From assembly GCA_965644265.1 (NCBI GenBank), contig OZ286469.1, positions 61,628,001 through 61,692,000 of the forward strand: a stretch of 64,000 nt of DNA. The letters are read 5' to 3'. Source of the stretch: Glycera tridactyla (Eukaryota). How positions within the stretch are numbered: the first letter of the stretch is position 1; every line of letters begins with the position of its first letter. Shown piece after piece: positions 23,801 to 37,390 of this stretch. The position numbers and the translations under genes were made by a program. The notes beneath the pieces were generated by a model that did not search any database, was not told the DNA's origin, and saw only the letters and a list, made by a program, of their open reading frames with translations.

Positions 23801-26758
23801 GATGGGTTCTTGCATCTTGCGATTTTCATCCACAGATTTGGATGTCGTTGTTCAAAAAGTATCTCATCTTCACAGAAGAAGGTGAATTTGATCTATGGAG
23901 TATCATTCGGTGGATGATGAAGGGACACTCATGCATTGAACTGGGTATGAACTTATTTCTTGATCCCTAGGAAAATATATCATTAGCATGTGTGATCAAG
24001 TCCGGGAAATCTATTCTAGATTAGTGGAAAATGTGCATCAGAGGTTGTGATCCCATCATTATTGCTTCCATGGGGAATATTGAGTTTTGAGGATACTATG
24101 TTTTATTGTGGCAATTTCGTGAAATTGGTGTGGTCTTCCGTGAGTAAGTGGACAGAATCGCCAATACAACTAGTAAAATTGTTCACATTGAATTCCCTCT
24201 CGGGCACTATGATCGGGGAGATATAGCCGGACTTAGTTAGCAAGCAATTGGGGACATTAGAGATTTACATCGCTTTTATATTGGCAATTAGGCGGATTGA
24301 CGAGCGATGCAAACACTCGTATTGACCATTAGGATCACCACCGGGGGGAGAAGCGTACTGTCATCATGCAGGTGCTATAATAAGGACCTCCCCATACATG
24401 CACCTTGTTCACAACCCAGAAATGCTTGTTCACTCTTTATGGTGATGATGAGTCACGGAAATAAATTTCCGTTTTGATGGTGGGACGAGTGGGGTGTGGG
24501 GGCAGTGCATGCTCTGCATCGTCAGGCAATTGATAGTCAGATCAAGTGAAGGTCGAGCAAGCCAGCCAAACGAGGATCTTAGGAACTAAGACAATGGATC
24601 TGCTCAACTGAGGAATTCTCCACTTTCAGTCTCGTTTAATGAATTCTATAGGTTACAGAAATGTCAACCAGATTGTGAGATTAGAACCTGTCATCAGTGA
24701 GGGTTGAAGAGACATTGAGCTCTACTCAATAAATCAATGTCAAACCTGCCCCATCAAACGTCACCTGCCTATCAAACTTCACCTGCCTATCAAACGTCAC
24801 CTGCCTACATAGACCTATCTGGGCAGTTAACAAGATGGTATACAGTGTACTCAAATTTCCTACAGTTATTAATTTGAGTATACTTTTGATGTTTTCACAG
24901 AAATTTCCAAGATATTTGATGCAATCATTTGCATCTTCCGAACATGACAAAAATCTCAATAATAGTTGCTGACTTAGATACAGATCATAGTAGCTCATCA
25001 GAGTTATTTCAGTCAATTTAGGATGCATTTAAAACTAGAACCAGTTTTCTGAGAAGCATTACTAAAGAAAGTGCTCACAAACCAGATAGTTTTTTTCAGC
25101 GGGGCTTCATGCTCAGCTAGAGTTTTCTCCACTTTTCTGTGTCTCGTCCTCTCACCCTACCTCCATCTCTGCCATTCTATAATNNNNNNNNNNNNNNNNN
25201 NNNNNNNNNNNNNNNNNNNNNNNNNNNNNNNNNNNNNNNNNNNNNNNNNNNNNNNNNNNNNNNNNNNNNNNNNNNNNNNNNNNNNNNNNNNNNNNNNNNN
25301 NNNNNNNNNNNNNNNCTCTCTCCAATGAGATGGGGGATGATGATCATCTGGTTGGAATCAGATGGAGAATGGAGGGGTTTCAACACAGTGCATGTGCCAG
25401 TAATGCAATTATCATTATGTGTCATAAGCCGCCGCGATCACTGACTCCTACATTATTGACCTGATTTTTTTCGACCGAGTGGCACGGTTAACAGGCGGGT
25501 GATATTATACATGGCCCCAATTACGCATGCATGCTCATGTGCTTGCTAGATGCGCGGGTGAGCCGCACACGCGTGTGTGCATGTTTGCACATTAGACAGC
25601 GCTGGGTAGGAGCGTGGGTAATGACGTATTTGACCTTGCCAGGCTGGCGTCCTTGTGCAGGCCGGTCTGACCATCACTCAGATAAGATCCAATTCATCTG
25701 TTAGCCAACTGGCATAAATCATCATTGATTCTTGAGACGACATCACCCCAGAGATGAAAATATGTTGAGTTGCTTCAGCACCTGCTGCGGCCAGGTGCTT
25801 GGTTTTAGATCACTCAATGTCTCTTTGTGCTTCCCTACTAGGAACATGTCTGATGATCTACATTTGGCATCGTGTGGCGCTGGCAAAGCAATCTAACATA
25901 GACCGAGATATATGGCTATATGATGAAATCAGTGATCATCACCAGAACATGATCTCTGTGAAGGCGGTCTTTCTGAACCCATGACTTATACAGTCCGATG
26001 GGGGAAAGTGCATGTAGTATGAGTTTCTTGCTCCAATGGGGATGATATTGTCTTCATATACCTCTCATGAAAAGATTTTTTTCCCAATTCCTCCGTTATT
26101 TTTTATTTGTTGTGTAGGATGGAGACAGTACAACATGTGATGTGAACTCCTTCAGCTCATCAAAATTTCGTCCTGCAAGAGAGCTACTCGTTTGTTGCAG
26201 AACTATTTAGAAAGAATGGTTCTAGAAATTGCTTGCTCATGTTTTCACTGGCTTGCATGCTGTAGGTTCCAATGTGCATGTGTCTCATCAATAGAATGTG
26301 CCTGCCACCATGTTGGCATGCAAAATTATAGCCATATTGATCTGTTTTAGAGATTGTGAATCCACGGCAGCTGAATGCTAAATATTATATCAGCGCTCTA
26401 CAATTTGTCAGCTTTCAATTTAGATTTAGTTGCTTTACTCAGATTTAGGAATCTTCACATTATGTACTGTCACCTTTTATGTTCAAACTGATTAGATTGT
26501 GGGTACCACATTATTTGCAAAATCAGTTTTGGAGGGTATCATATCTACTTCAGTCTTTGTGGTTCAAGACCAATGTTACCATTGCCAGGTGATGTGTGGA
26601 CAAGTAATGAAATCCATGATGGCTGCTACCATACAGGTTGATGTTCATGTTAATGTGGTCTTTGTATTGTAGACACCTAGTACACGTTCTGGTTCCAATA
26701 ACTGGCCGGCTGGAGTGGATGATAAATAATTTTTTGCTGCATTTGTGTGTGCTTGCAG

Positions 26759-26877
26759 GTTACTGTTTCCTGCTCTTCCAAGAAGAGATGTCGGTGCAAG
26801 CATTGATTGAAGCGTGTATTGTGGATGATGATAAACTCTACTGGTGTGTCTCCAGTCCTACCATGAAGGATAAACCG
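26759..26877 (+). CDS. orb2: CPEB2/3/4 coding exon, RRM1 RNP1 to linker (GYCFLLFQEEMSVQALIEACIVDDDKLYWCVSSPTMKDKP)
   Basis: gcttgcag|GT TAC ... AAA CCG|gtaagc; 119 nt; continues the frame of the 9049 exon. Confidence 0.97.
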
Positions 26878-27771
26878 GTAAGCTTTTTTGTTATTGATGA
26901 AAATTGATGTGTGTGACATGCATAAATTTCATCTGCCATTTCAATCCGGTAGAACATTACCACTGGTGACCTCTTCTAAGCAAAATCTGAAGAATTCTTC
27001 AAGATGGTTGTTGAGTGATAGACAATATTTGAATTGATCAAAGTCAGATATGGTTTGAACTTTTCTTGTTTTGATAAAAATCGGAAAATCACACTGAACA
27101 TGCTAATGCATCTACTTTGAGTGTCAAATTCATCTGGGAGTCATGTGGTATATTTGACATGTCTTGAACCTTTTGGTTGTGCTCACATTATAGTCAAATC
27201 TGTCCTGAGATGCTGCCAAGGGAAGTTAGAAAGAAAAGGTTAGAATAGCATGTGTGGGAGTGGTACCATTTGCTAAGGTGCTTATGCAGTTTTGTATTGT
27301 TGAATGGCATTTTATGATTTGGTCTTTGATGGCATTTGAGAGAGCATACATCTGACATTTGTCATCCACCTTTTCTTGGTCCACCTGCTTCTGAACCTGC
27401 TCCCGGGAGCTCAGCAGATATATTTAGCATGACCAGATGACCTTACGAGTACAGTTGACTCTGCAAGTTTACCATATGTTTGACAAGCTGCTGTCAGTTG
27501 ATGACCACCACCAGTGGGATTTAATCCTCTTGTCAACATTCAATCTCCACCCACCATGAAATCTACCCTCCACCCCCACATCCTCTCCACCAATGCTTTT
27601 ATCACTCATTTACGTGGCTTCATCTAGCTTCCTTAACTAACCTATCTATCTCGTTATATCAGTTACTGAATTTTATCCATGAGGATAAGAGTGACATTTA
27701 TGGAAATAAACCAAATGAACCATTATGAGCTGGATGTCTGAGCAATGGTGTTAAATCAAGGTAGACTATAG

Positions 27772-27885
27772 ACAATAGACATTTCTTTATTTAGACAGGC
27801 GGTAAACAGCGTTAGATACAATTATACGTCAATTATACGCAACAAGCAGTCAGACCAAGGTCTGGTTTGCCGCTGGGACCTGTTT
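27772..27885 (-). mobile_element. 5'-truncated retroposon (LINE/SINE) 3' end
   Basis: Flanked by 7-bp direct repeat ACTATAG (27765-27771, 27886-27892); minus strand has a CAGACC-TT-GGTCTG hairpin, AATAAA and a GTCTAT-type repeat tail. Confidence 0.7.
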
Positions 27886-29820
27886 ACTATAGCATACAAG
27901 AATGTCATTATATATATGGAGTGTATCACATTGTAAAATACCATCTACGCAGGATCAAATAAATAGTGGCGGCATGTGATAAATATGGGGTTTCTGACAG
28001 GAAATAATCTATTTATAAATACTAAATTTTAATGGTGGTGTGGTCTCCCTGGGCATCCTGCTTCACAGATTCGAAGTATTACATTAAATATCCTGGTACC
28101 AAACTTGGAAATGATTCATGAATAGGAGTGGCCAATTTTCCTGAACTATCCTTAAATGACAGAGGTAAATATCTTATTTATGGTCTCTGCTGAAGATAGG
28201 GTCTCTTTTCTGGGTATTTTGCAGGATTATTAATAATATTTCATTACCTTTTAACCTAAAACCAGCTCCCTGATCAAATTAATTGGTCTTGAACATCAAA
28301 ATGGTCATCTGTGTGGAAACACCTCAGACCTGGCTTCTGGTGACAATACAATTCATTCAAAGGGTGACAAAACTGTGCATTGTCTTTTCCAAGTGGAGGA
28401 GATATCTTTGAAAGGTGGAGTAGCTGTGGCACTTTTAAGGACATACATTGATGTATGGGGTGATTTTCCACCTCATTAACTCTTTGTGTTTAGCCTCTCT
28501 TGTATTTAGTGTACATATTAGGGGCTTAACAGTGGTATCAGCTGGGGATTAGTGGTTTATACTTAAGTTTTCAGACTTAGGTACAGCTGACCACAACAAG
28601 GCATGGCTGGTCACAGTACATACTTTCTTGCACATGTACATTCTGGTACAGGTGGTGCCAGAACCTAGAGGAGGTTCTTTTGCTGTGTTATTGATACGCT
28701 GGCTCTGTGACCTTTGATAAAGGCACATGAGTTTAGAGAAGAGCACACACAACCTTATATGCCATGCCCAAAATGCACATGCAATTCAGCATACCTCAAG
28801 GTTACATGGTTCAGGGCATATCAAATTGAAAATAGTGCTTAGACACTGCATCATTGTGCCTAGAAACCATGTACACTTTTCTCAGTCCAGAAATCCCTAC
28901 AGAGGTATGCTCATAAATCCATCGCAAATTCTGAGTAGATTTCCTCACCATATCATCAGTGCTTTGGGTTGATGGTGAAGTGTATGCTGTTTACTTCAAG
29001 AAGAAATTTGTTCTATGTTTGACTCCACCCCGCTGACATTATAGATCAGTTCTATCTGTGGTGCTGGAAACAAAAGGTTGTGCAAGCCAGCATCTGTAAT
29101 CTCCAGCTGGGCAGTTTTTCATTCATTGATTTATGCTAGCTAGATGGCTAGAGGTTCAAGAAGAAAGCTTCTACTCAAGCATTGCTTTGAACTTAACCCT
29201 TCATCACGTACCTACCGTATATCGCCAAATATACGCGCAGTGCTCAAAGGCATTGTCGCATGCCATGTGCGTCTATCTGGAACCGGCTTTGACCAAATAA
29301 AGACTGACGGACCTGTCGCTTTTATCACGAAATACATGATTATTATATACGGTAACAGGCACATGAAATCATGAGTGATTTGCCAGACAGGCCCACTGGT
29401 GCCATATTCTGGAGTAGTAGCATCTTCACACTTGATCCAAATTTTTTCCCCTGCCCAAATGTTAAAAGGCTGCTGTTACAGTTTGTCATCAGATGGGTGA
29501 CCAAAAGAGGAGTGTGCCAATAGCTAGCCTGTAAGCTGTACAAAGATTGATGTTTAGCGTCACCCTTTTGCTCGGTGTAGTTGAAGTTCATGTTCAGTGA
29601 GTGTACTAACAAGAAGGGCAATATATTCCACATGTATTCCAAATAGGAGACACAAGAACATTGCCCTATCCAAGCAAATACATCTCAGTGAGCATCTCTA
29701 TAATCGATCAAGTGGGTTAAAAACTTGAATGTCAAGTCTGGCTATCATGAATGATAGCTGTTGAATGAAGATGCAGGAATAGACATGAATAAGTCTGATG
29801 TAAACCTTTGATGTTCACAG

Positions 29821-29935
29821 GTTCAGATTCGACCTTGGAATCTTGCGGATGCCGACTTTGTGATGGATGGCTCACAACCTCTCGATCCGCGTAAAACCAT
29901 TTTTGTTGGAGGTGTACCGCGACCACTTCGTGCAG
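29821..29935 (+). CDS. orb2: CPEB2/3/4 coding exon, end of RRM1 and start of RRM2 (VQIRPWNLADADFVMDGSQPLDPRKTIFVGGVPRPLRA)
   Basis: atgttcacag|GTT CAG ... GCA G|gtaaga; 115 nt; hallmark DPRKTIFVGGVPRPL. Missed by the ORF track. Confidence 0.98.
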
Positions 29936-30091
29936 GTAAGAAGTTTGATAATCCTTCATACCATGACAGTCTTCACTTATGAGGGTTACAGGTGAAGTCT
30001 CTCTTACCACTGTCATTCTGAATAGCACCATGATCACTATAGCTGGTTCGCCGTTTCTCGTAACACCTAGCGATTCTTGGCATCGGCCAGG

Positions 30092-30095
<4 letters not shown>

Positions 30096-30128
<33 letters not shown>

Positions 30129-30164
30129 ATGCGTGCGTGCGTGCGTGCGTTCGTGCGTGTGTGT
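30096..30164. repeat. (TG)n-(TGCG)n microsatellite
   Basis: Directly visible, about 160 nt downstream of the 29935 donor. Confidence 0.95.
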
Positions 30165-31210
30165 ACAATCCCTTCAGATTCTGTGAAGTTTGGTCCCTCA
30201 AGACAGGATTGTTTATTACAGGTATATTTGCCAAAAAAATGATAGATATTCCATAGAAGAAATACTTGCTTGTCACTGGCTTGATTGTCAGATTTTCCAC
30301 TGTACTAACTGCTGAAATTGCAGTCATGAAAATTTCTGATTGTAGTGATTATTGATTAAGTTTGTTTCATAAGCAGTGCGTGGAATGAGATTATCTCTGA
30401 GATGAATAGGGTAGAGAGGGTTAATGAGCTGATGCTCGAACATCGTTTGACATGTGGAGTGCATTCATTGACCAGCCTGATGGCCTTGCAGACAAGTGTT
30501 AAATCTGTGAAAGCTGGAAACAGCTGACAACAAAAGTTAATTGAAGACAAGGAAACAATAGCTCATGGTGATTTTTCAAAGTTAACTGAATTAAATCTGC
30601 GAGTGTGCTCAGTTTAATCAAGGCTTGGTATGCGACCGAGAAAAATCCAGCGTGGCGCCTTGAATGAGTCCCGCCAACTATGAATATAAACCGTTGCATT
30701 AGTCACACCTTTTTATGTCCGGGATTCCCCGCACCCCACCATCTCAGGAGTAATCCACATTATTTATAGATGCACTATCTTTCAAGATGACATTGGCCAG
30801 CGATGGTATCATAAACGAAGTGAAAATTGCGGGATTAGGTTTGAATCCTGCTGATCTCTGATCTTGCCCAACATTTATCAGATAGTATGCGTGGATCTCA
30901 GCATTACCACAAGACTGTGATGGCAAAGGGATATATTTTGCTGGGGTTTTCTGGTGCGGATATACCATCAGACCTGTGATCAATGGATACTCCACTCTTG
31001 AAGTGGAACAAGTGTAGAAATTTTTAACCTGCGAAATGGATCTATTTGTTGAATACATTTGCTCTTTGAATGACTGAATCTGGGCTGTGTGTATAAATTT
31101 CTCTGGTATATCTCCTATCAAAATTATGACACCCCTGTCACGCCTTGATCAACATGGCATATATTGGTGATTTTCATATATTTGTAAGATTTGTGAGAGT
31201 ACTAGCAATA

Positions 31211-31345
31211 CCGTAAAACCTCTTGTGAGAGATTGCTTTCCATTGGTTCATTTCTATTTGGCATAGTCAAAAATACGTCGGATGAGAGACCACCTCTCTT
31301 GAGAGACCACTTGTGGTTGGCAGTGTCTGAAAGAAGGTTTTACTG
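31211..31345. mobile_element. TA-MITE with internal deletion
   Basis: TA-CCGTAAAACC ... GGTTTTACTG-TA; CATAGTCAAA and GAGAGACCAC motifs. Confidence 0.75.
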
Positions 31346-31899
31346 TATCCAACTCATATGATAGATATTTATCATCATGAAGGGCCATCACGGCCACACT
31401 CAATTCATCCAGCACTAGCAAAAAATTAAATTTACTCATATTTCCGAAAGTTAGTGGTTATGAAATCAAGCAAGTAGGAGTATCTGTGCCATTTTTTTCC
31501 TGTTTGTAATTTCTGTCCTTCAGATAAAGGATGAAGTGAATGCAGAGGTTTTGATTTTGCTTTGTCATTCATAATTTGGGATTTCTTCAGAATGAACATG
31601 GAAATTGTCACTTTGTGGTGATTGTGAGTGCAGCAGCAGCAGGCTTTGCTGGGTGTCGTGAGCATGACCTTAAGATAAGAGCCAGTCATGTAGAGGCATC
31701 TTTATGTATGGCATCTTTATTAGAGTCAGCCATGTGTGTCAGAGTGGGTGGACCACACAACAACCAACTTCAGCCATCACTTATGTACCCATCGTATTGT
31801 ATCACCTCACATTTGCATGAGTGATGTGGACTCGGAGGCAGAATATTGTTTGTTATTTTGCCATACTGGCATCCCTGTATCATCCCATGTCCTCCTACT

Positions 31900-32150
31900 T
31901 CAGTTGTACATTATAACACTGTGTGTGATGATGCTATTGATGGCAGTGATGTGGCAGTTCCCATGGTAGCAGCAGCAGCAGCTGTCAGAGTGGCAGTGAT
32001 TATGAATATCATAATGGTAACAAAATAGTTGTTGTAATGATTGATGGTTGTGGTTGCCGTAGTGGAAGTGGCAGTGGCAATAATGATTATCAACATTGGT
32101 CAGAATGATGGTGGCAGCAGTGGGGGCAGTGGTAGTGGTAGTGGTGACAC
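31900..32150. repeat. Degenerate trinucleotide low-complexity tract (GCA/GTG/ATG)
   Basis: Explains the poly-A/T/V/G ORFs in the track. Confidence 0.75.
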
Positions 32151-35100
32151 AAAAAAAGGTAAAAATAGAGATATAGTCACTCAATTTTTAGGCTATTACA
32201 TTGGCCGAAAATCAGCTATAATGTTGATAGTTCATATATCTATCATGATATTAATGGTGATTTTATCCAGCAAGTCTCATGAATGTTCATTGACACAGGA
32301 GTTGGGTGAGAATGAATGCCTAATTCACGAATGCTCTACATTCTACTTAATGAAAGTAGAATTTTCATTTAAGTGATATTTAATATGATGCGTGTAGCTT
32401 GATGAGTGCAGTGTAGCAGCAGCATATATTTGCAGATCAAGGGGATTTTTTGCCACGAGGAGGATGCTCTCATTTGGCAGGTGTTTACTTGACCTTTTTA
32501 GGGTTAGGGATGATTGAAAAAGCCTAGCATCATGCCAAGGAAATTACAAAGATAATCCTTTGTTGTAAACTGTTTCTGTGTGTATGTTTGATTTATACTG
32601 TCCTACCTGATGTATGCTCTGGCAACATGCAAACAAATTTGCTCCATTTATGTATACGATCATTTGACAGTAGAATGTACCCCACAAACATGCTCTGCCC
32701 AATGTCCACGCAGGCTTTGTGCCTATATATCTCCACATAATGAATATCATGTAAATAATACTATTTGTTACACTCACTTGTTCTTTGTGTCAAATTCCCA
32801 AAAGATGTCTTTCCTCTAATAAAATTTTTCTGATAGATTGTCCGATAGTCTCTCATCCCAGCCTCCACTGTATATGAGCATTTTTGGAGAAAAAAGCATA
32901 ATATTCCATACTTTTGTATAACTGGTCGTGATTTGTGATTCCCATTCATATGTGGCATGTCAGGCATTTTTCCTTTTTGTCATTGGGTACTTGAGGAGAG
33001 TTGGAATGTATTTACTGTTAACAGAGAGCTTGTGCCGTCTGGGTCGGTGCTGGCGTCTGGTTTGGTGCAGGTGCCAGCATTTCTAGGGGAATGTTATTAT
33101 TCAATCAGAAGTGTCGGCTTTTTGTTGTCGGTGGGTTTCTCTCAGACTAAGACCCTTTTTCGCTATATACAGGTGCATCAAAAACCACATTGAGTGCTTC
33201 CAATTGCAATGGTTTTCTCATGGGAGTGCAGCAATGGACAGTGCATGCTGAACATAGGAGTGTGGCTGAATTTGAGTGAACCGAGCCACAGACATAGGTG
33301 TTACTCATTCTGTATACAGCATCCGGTTCTGTCTGCTCTCTGCCTCCAATATTTAACCATGCCTCCTCATCAAGTACACAATAGAATTATGCAATTATCC
33401 CCTTTCTTGCCCTTGTGTCTCATGAACTCATACAAAGATTCCTGCGCTATCCAGAAACTCCCAAGATGGCTGCCGAATTGCATTCTGGGAATAGACAGTG
33501 AGTCAAATTTTGACAGCCTGATCTGATTAGGTTTGTGCTGATTCAATGGGAATGATAGTTCATGGTTCTCTTTGATGTATGCCAGATGGCTGAGATGAAG
33601 GCTCGGTGCCTGATGTGATTTAGGAATGAGGAAAATCCATTCTGGGAATGGTAGGTCAAATTGAACTGGCAGCCATAGTAGAGATGGAGTGAAAGGAACT
33701 CCCATCTCACCTGTCATTCATGGAATTATCTTGAGGGTGAACCACCTGCCTGTTTCCCCCTCTGGTATTTGCTATGACAGAATGCTCTCTCGTCAGAAAT
33801 ATTTTGATGAAAGAGTTCCTGCTGACATCATTGGTGCTGTTTCAGTTTCGAAGGGATTGAGTTACCATGAAATTTTGTGGACTTTAAAAGGAGCCTTTTC
33901 AAATGAGTGACAGATAGGAGATCCCCAGAGATGTGAAATATCCATTTCCATCCCAAATCATCAAATTCTAAAGCAGCTCCTCATTTGGCTTCATCAGGAA
34001 TATTTAATTGATACAGGAAAGGGTGATTGATTGATTGATTTAGTATGATATAATGTCTCTTCAACCCAGGCAGGATTGTATGTGTTGCAGTGTGAATTAA
34101 TATTTGTTTTTGAAGTGAATATGAGCTGTTGCTCTCACAATATTTCGGTTCAATTGAGATAAGTGTTGTCGGGAGTGAGGCTGTGTGAGCCAAGATGGCA
34201 TCCTCACCAGTAAAGCTTGGAGGCTAATAAATGAGATGTTTCTGGTTGATGCACAAGCTTCCTCTCTAGCAAGGTCTGGCATTTGTCATGTTGGGGGTTT
34301 TCCAGATAGACTAGTTAGGTTATTTATAGATCCTAGATGGATCAGATAATGGCTCTGGTGACTGAAGCCATGGTAACCTTTGCCCGTCTCTTTGAATTGT
34401 GTCATTTCGTCATGGACAGACATGATTTTTCGTGTCATTTGTGGTCTTTGTCACATGATATAATTCATGAATGAGGAAGGGTTGATACTGTAAGGGCACT
34501 CCCACTTATAACAATACATTTTCGTTGGAATCGGTAATAACCCAGTAGTGGTGAGATAAGGATCAGCTGGTCTCGTTTGTTATCTTTTTAATTTGGATCT
34601 AGTCACTGTGTAGATGACTTCCGAATATTCCATGATAAATCGGGAACTTATCATCTGAGCCGCGCTTAATCTGGCGAGATTAAACTGTCAATAGATATGT
34701 GTGCTCAGTGAATAGTTTCTTTCTTGGAGATGATAATAGCATTCCTGGCACCACCACTGAACAACAGCGACTCAGATCTAACCTAGTAGCCCATAGACAT
34801 CGTTTCTAGAATCCACTTAATGAATACCAACTCAGATAGGTATGAGATAGAATTATACTACCCAATGAGATAATGTTGGTTTATGATTTCTCATGGCTTA
34901 TTAAGAAACATCTAATTGAATGTGTTGATTTAGTAAAAAATCATGGATTCTTTACACCATATCACTGATAAATAATAGTGAAGTCATGTCCATGTCATAT
35001 TTCAAGACCATGGGATAATGTCTCCAATATTCCATGGGTACATTGCTTGTGGGTTTTAAAGCATTTGTAGTTTGATGATTGAGGTTCGCTGTTGTTAAAT

Positions 35101-37179
35101 CTTATTTCCCAGAAGAATGTCAGAAGATGTCAGATACGATCAAAATGTGAGCCAAGAGAAATATAGCTCAATGAGATGGATTGAAATGGTTGTTTCAATG
35201 AAACAACTTGTTTCATATGCATTAGTTGCCTGCATGCCTGGCTGATATCTGGCTCTCAAATATCATATTGATCAGTTGCTTCAGCCATTGTGGCATGTGA
35301 AATTGTCTATTAATATGGTCTGGTATAGATATTTATGTTCCTATTGATCAGTAACGAGCACCCTTTACCCTACCTATCAGTCGGAGACTGAGAAACAGAT
35401 GATACTGATGATATAATTCTAGTCATCAATATTTGTGAGAGTCTCTCATTTGAGTGACCACAGTTGAAGCTATCTGTAGAGATAGCTGTATATTGATGAT
35501 GAGTCGAACATGGAAAGGTGTAGGACATCACTTAGGAAGAAATGTTTTAAGAAAATTGAACCAAATTTCCAAAAAACCTGACATGAACGACCACCCTTCT
35601 TGCCACAGAAGTATGATCGCTCAAAAGAGGTGATTGCTGGTCACATTAGAGGGGTGGTAACTCATGAGAATTATCAGGTATTTTAGTGAGGAAAACAGTC
35701 TTTAAAAAAAAAAAAGGGCACTCATCATGGTCATTCATCACAGGTTCCACTATGTTGTTCTACTTGTCGTAAGACAATAACCGACAAGGGGAAGATGAAT
35801 GTAACCTGACCTGGTTGAGGGACATCAAGTTGGCATGTCAATTCACTGCTGTGAGTGGAGTGCAGTCCTCGCTAATGATTCATTTGCACCTAACAATCAT
35901 CATTTACAATACAATCCCAATTCAATAAGCTGGAGAAACTCTGGGTGCCCATGACCCATGATAGCAATGGCACAACAAGGTCAGCCGTGCCCCTCGGATT
36001 GTAGAAAGTGCAATGAGCAAGCACCTTAACTCGCTCACATTTTGATTCCTTAAAACCGATATTCACTTGGCATAGGTATACAGTGAAACTGATGGTGAGA
36101 GCTTGCTCTAAATGTCAACAAATTGGCCTCAAAAATGGTGTTCTGTTATGTATTTCAGCAGAAAGAGAGAATAGCTTAGCAAATTGTATAGGTTACTGCT
36201 TGGCCCAGGTCTCAAATTAGAATTTTCCAGTTGGCAGAAACTATTGGTGCTGGTCAGTAAGCACATGGGGCCATGAATCTGTCGCAGGCCTCCCTGCTTG
36301 CTCAAGTTTAATGGCATTTTCATGTTGGCCTCTTCTATTAACACCCCATGGAGAGTTTACTTTGCATGAGGCCATCCACTTTTGCTCTTTAAAGCCACTA
36401 TTTGTGTCCACTGGTGTTCGCCTTCATCCAATATTTTAGATACTGAAGGTTCCAGACTGAGGATTCATTCAGGAAATTAAGATGATTTTCTACCTACCCT
36501 CCAGGAAAATCCATCCTCCCAGGGTAGGTGAACAAGTATTATTCCTCATCCTGTGCTCAAAATGTGGGGTGAACATTGAGATTTCAACCGTATACAGATG
36601 TCTGTACTACCATCCTACATCTATAATTTGGGGTTCACAGCCCAGTCTACGTCTGAGCCTTTCGTGAGGTATAACAGCAATTCTTGATGATTCGTCAAGG
36701 CGTAGTTTACCCAGTGTCATTTCAATACTCCGCAGATGTATCAGTCTTGATTCTCTGCATTCTTGAACTTGCTCAGATTTAGAGTGGACTGGTGGTAACT
36801 CCAGATGTGAACTATATAAGGTAAACAAACCACTTGACCAACGCTTCAAGTTTGTTGGAGTGTGGATGAGAGTGCCATTAAAAGATGAGTGATGAAGTTG
36901 GGAGACCTGCATCACTTACTTTTAACAAGAAAGATTGCACACGCTGACTGAAGAAAATGTACGAAGAGAACTAGGACAGGTGGCCTCAGTGGTCAGGGTT
37001 TGATGGCATGTCTCAACCCCGTTGGATTGTATTTGCCACATGTGTTGAGATACCCATGTCATTTCCTATGACAGTGATCAGTGGAAGGTATCATATTTCT
37101 ACCCAGAGAAGGAACATGGATGTCATGTCTCTGAGTGACACAATCTTTTTGTCATACTAAAATTCACCTAATTTCCCAG

Positions 37180-37390
37180 ATTTTGAGATGTGCTCAGCAA
37201 CAATTGGTGACATCCAGATACGCTCAGCAGCAATTGCTAGTATCTGACATGTACCTAATTGCAATTGAAAATTGCTCAGCAGCAATTTGTGATTTTTGAG
37301 GTATGCTGAGCAGGAATAAGCAATTTTTGAGATGTGCTATGTAGCAATTGGCAATTTTTTGGATGTGCTGAGCAGCAATTGGCAGTGCAT
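37180..37390. repeat. Degenerate ~30-bp minisatellite (GATGTGCTCAGCAGCAATTG core)
   Basis: Six to seven diverged units. Confidence 0.75.

Larger units (their letters stand above)
2065..25315. other. Assembly gaps at 2065-2192, 9938-10110, 13734-13887, 19220-19453 and 25184-25315
   Basis: N runs; ORFs that span them are artefacts. Confidence 1.

Noticed and set aside
29190-29721. piggyBac element starting TTAACCCTT
   Set aside because: The downstream GGGTTAA end shares only CCC with the left end; no real TIR.
36607-36915. 102-aa minus-strand ORF (and exon-like 23521-23620) as parts of a nested gene
   Set aside because: Both end in stops, cannot be chained into one gene model and show no recognisable homology.
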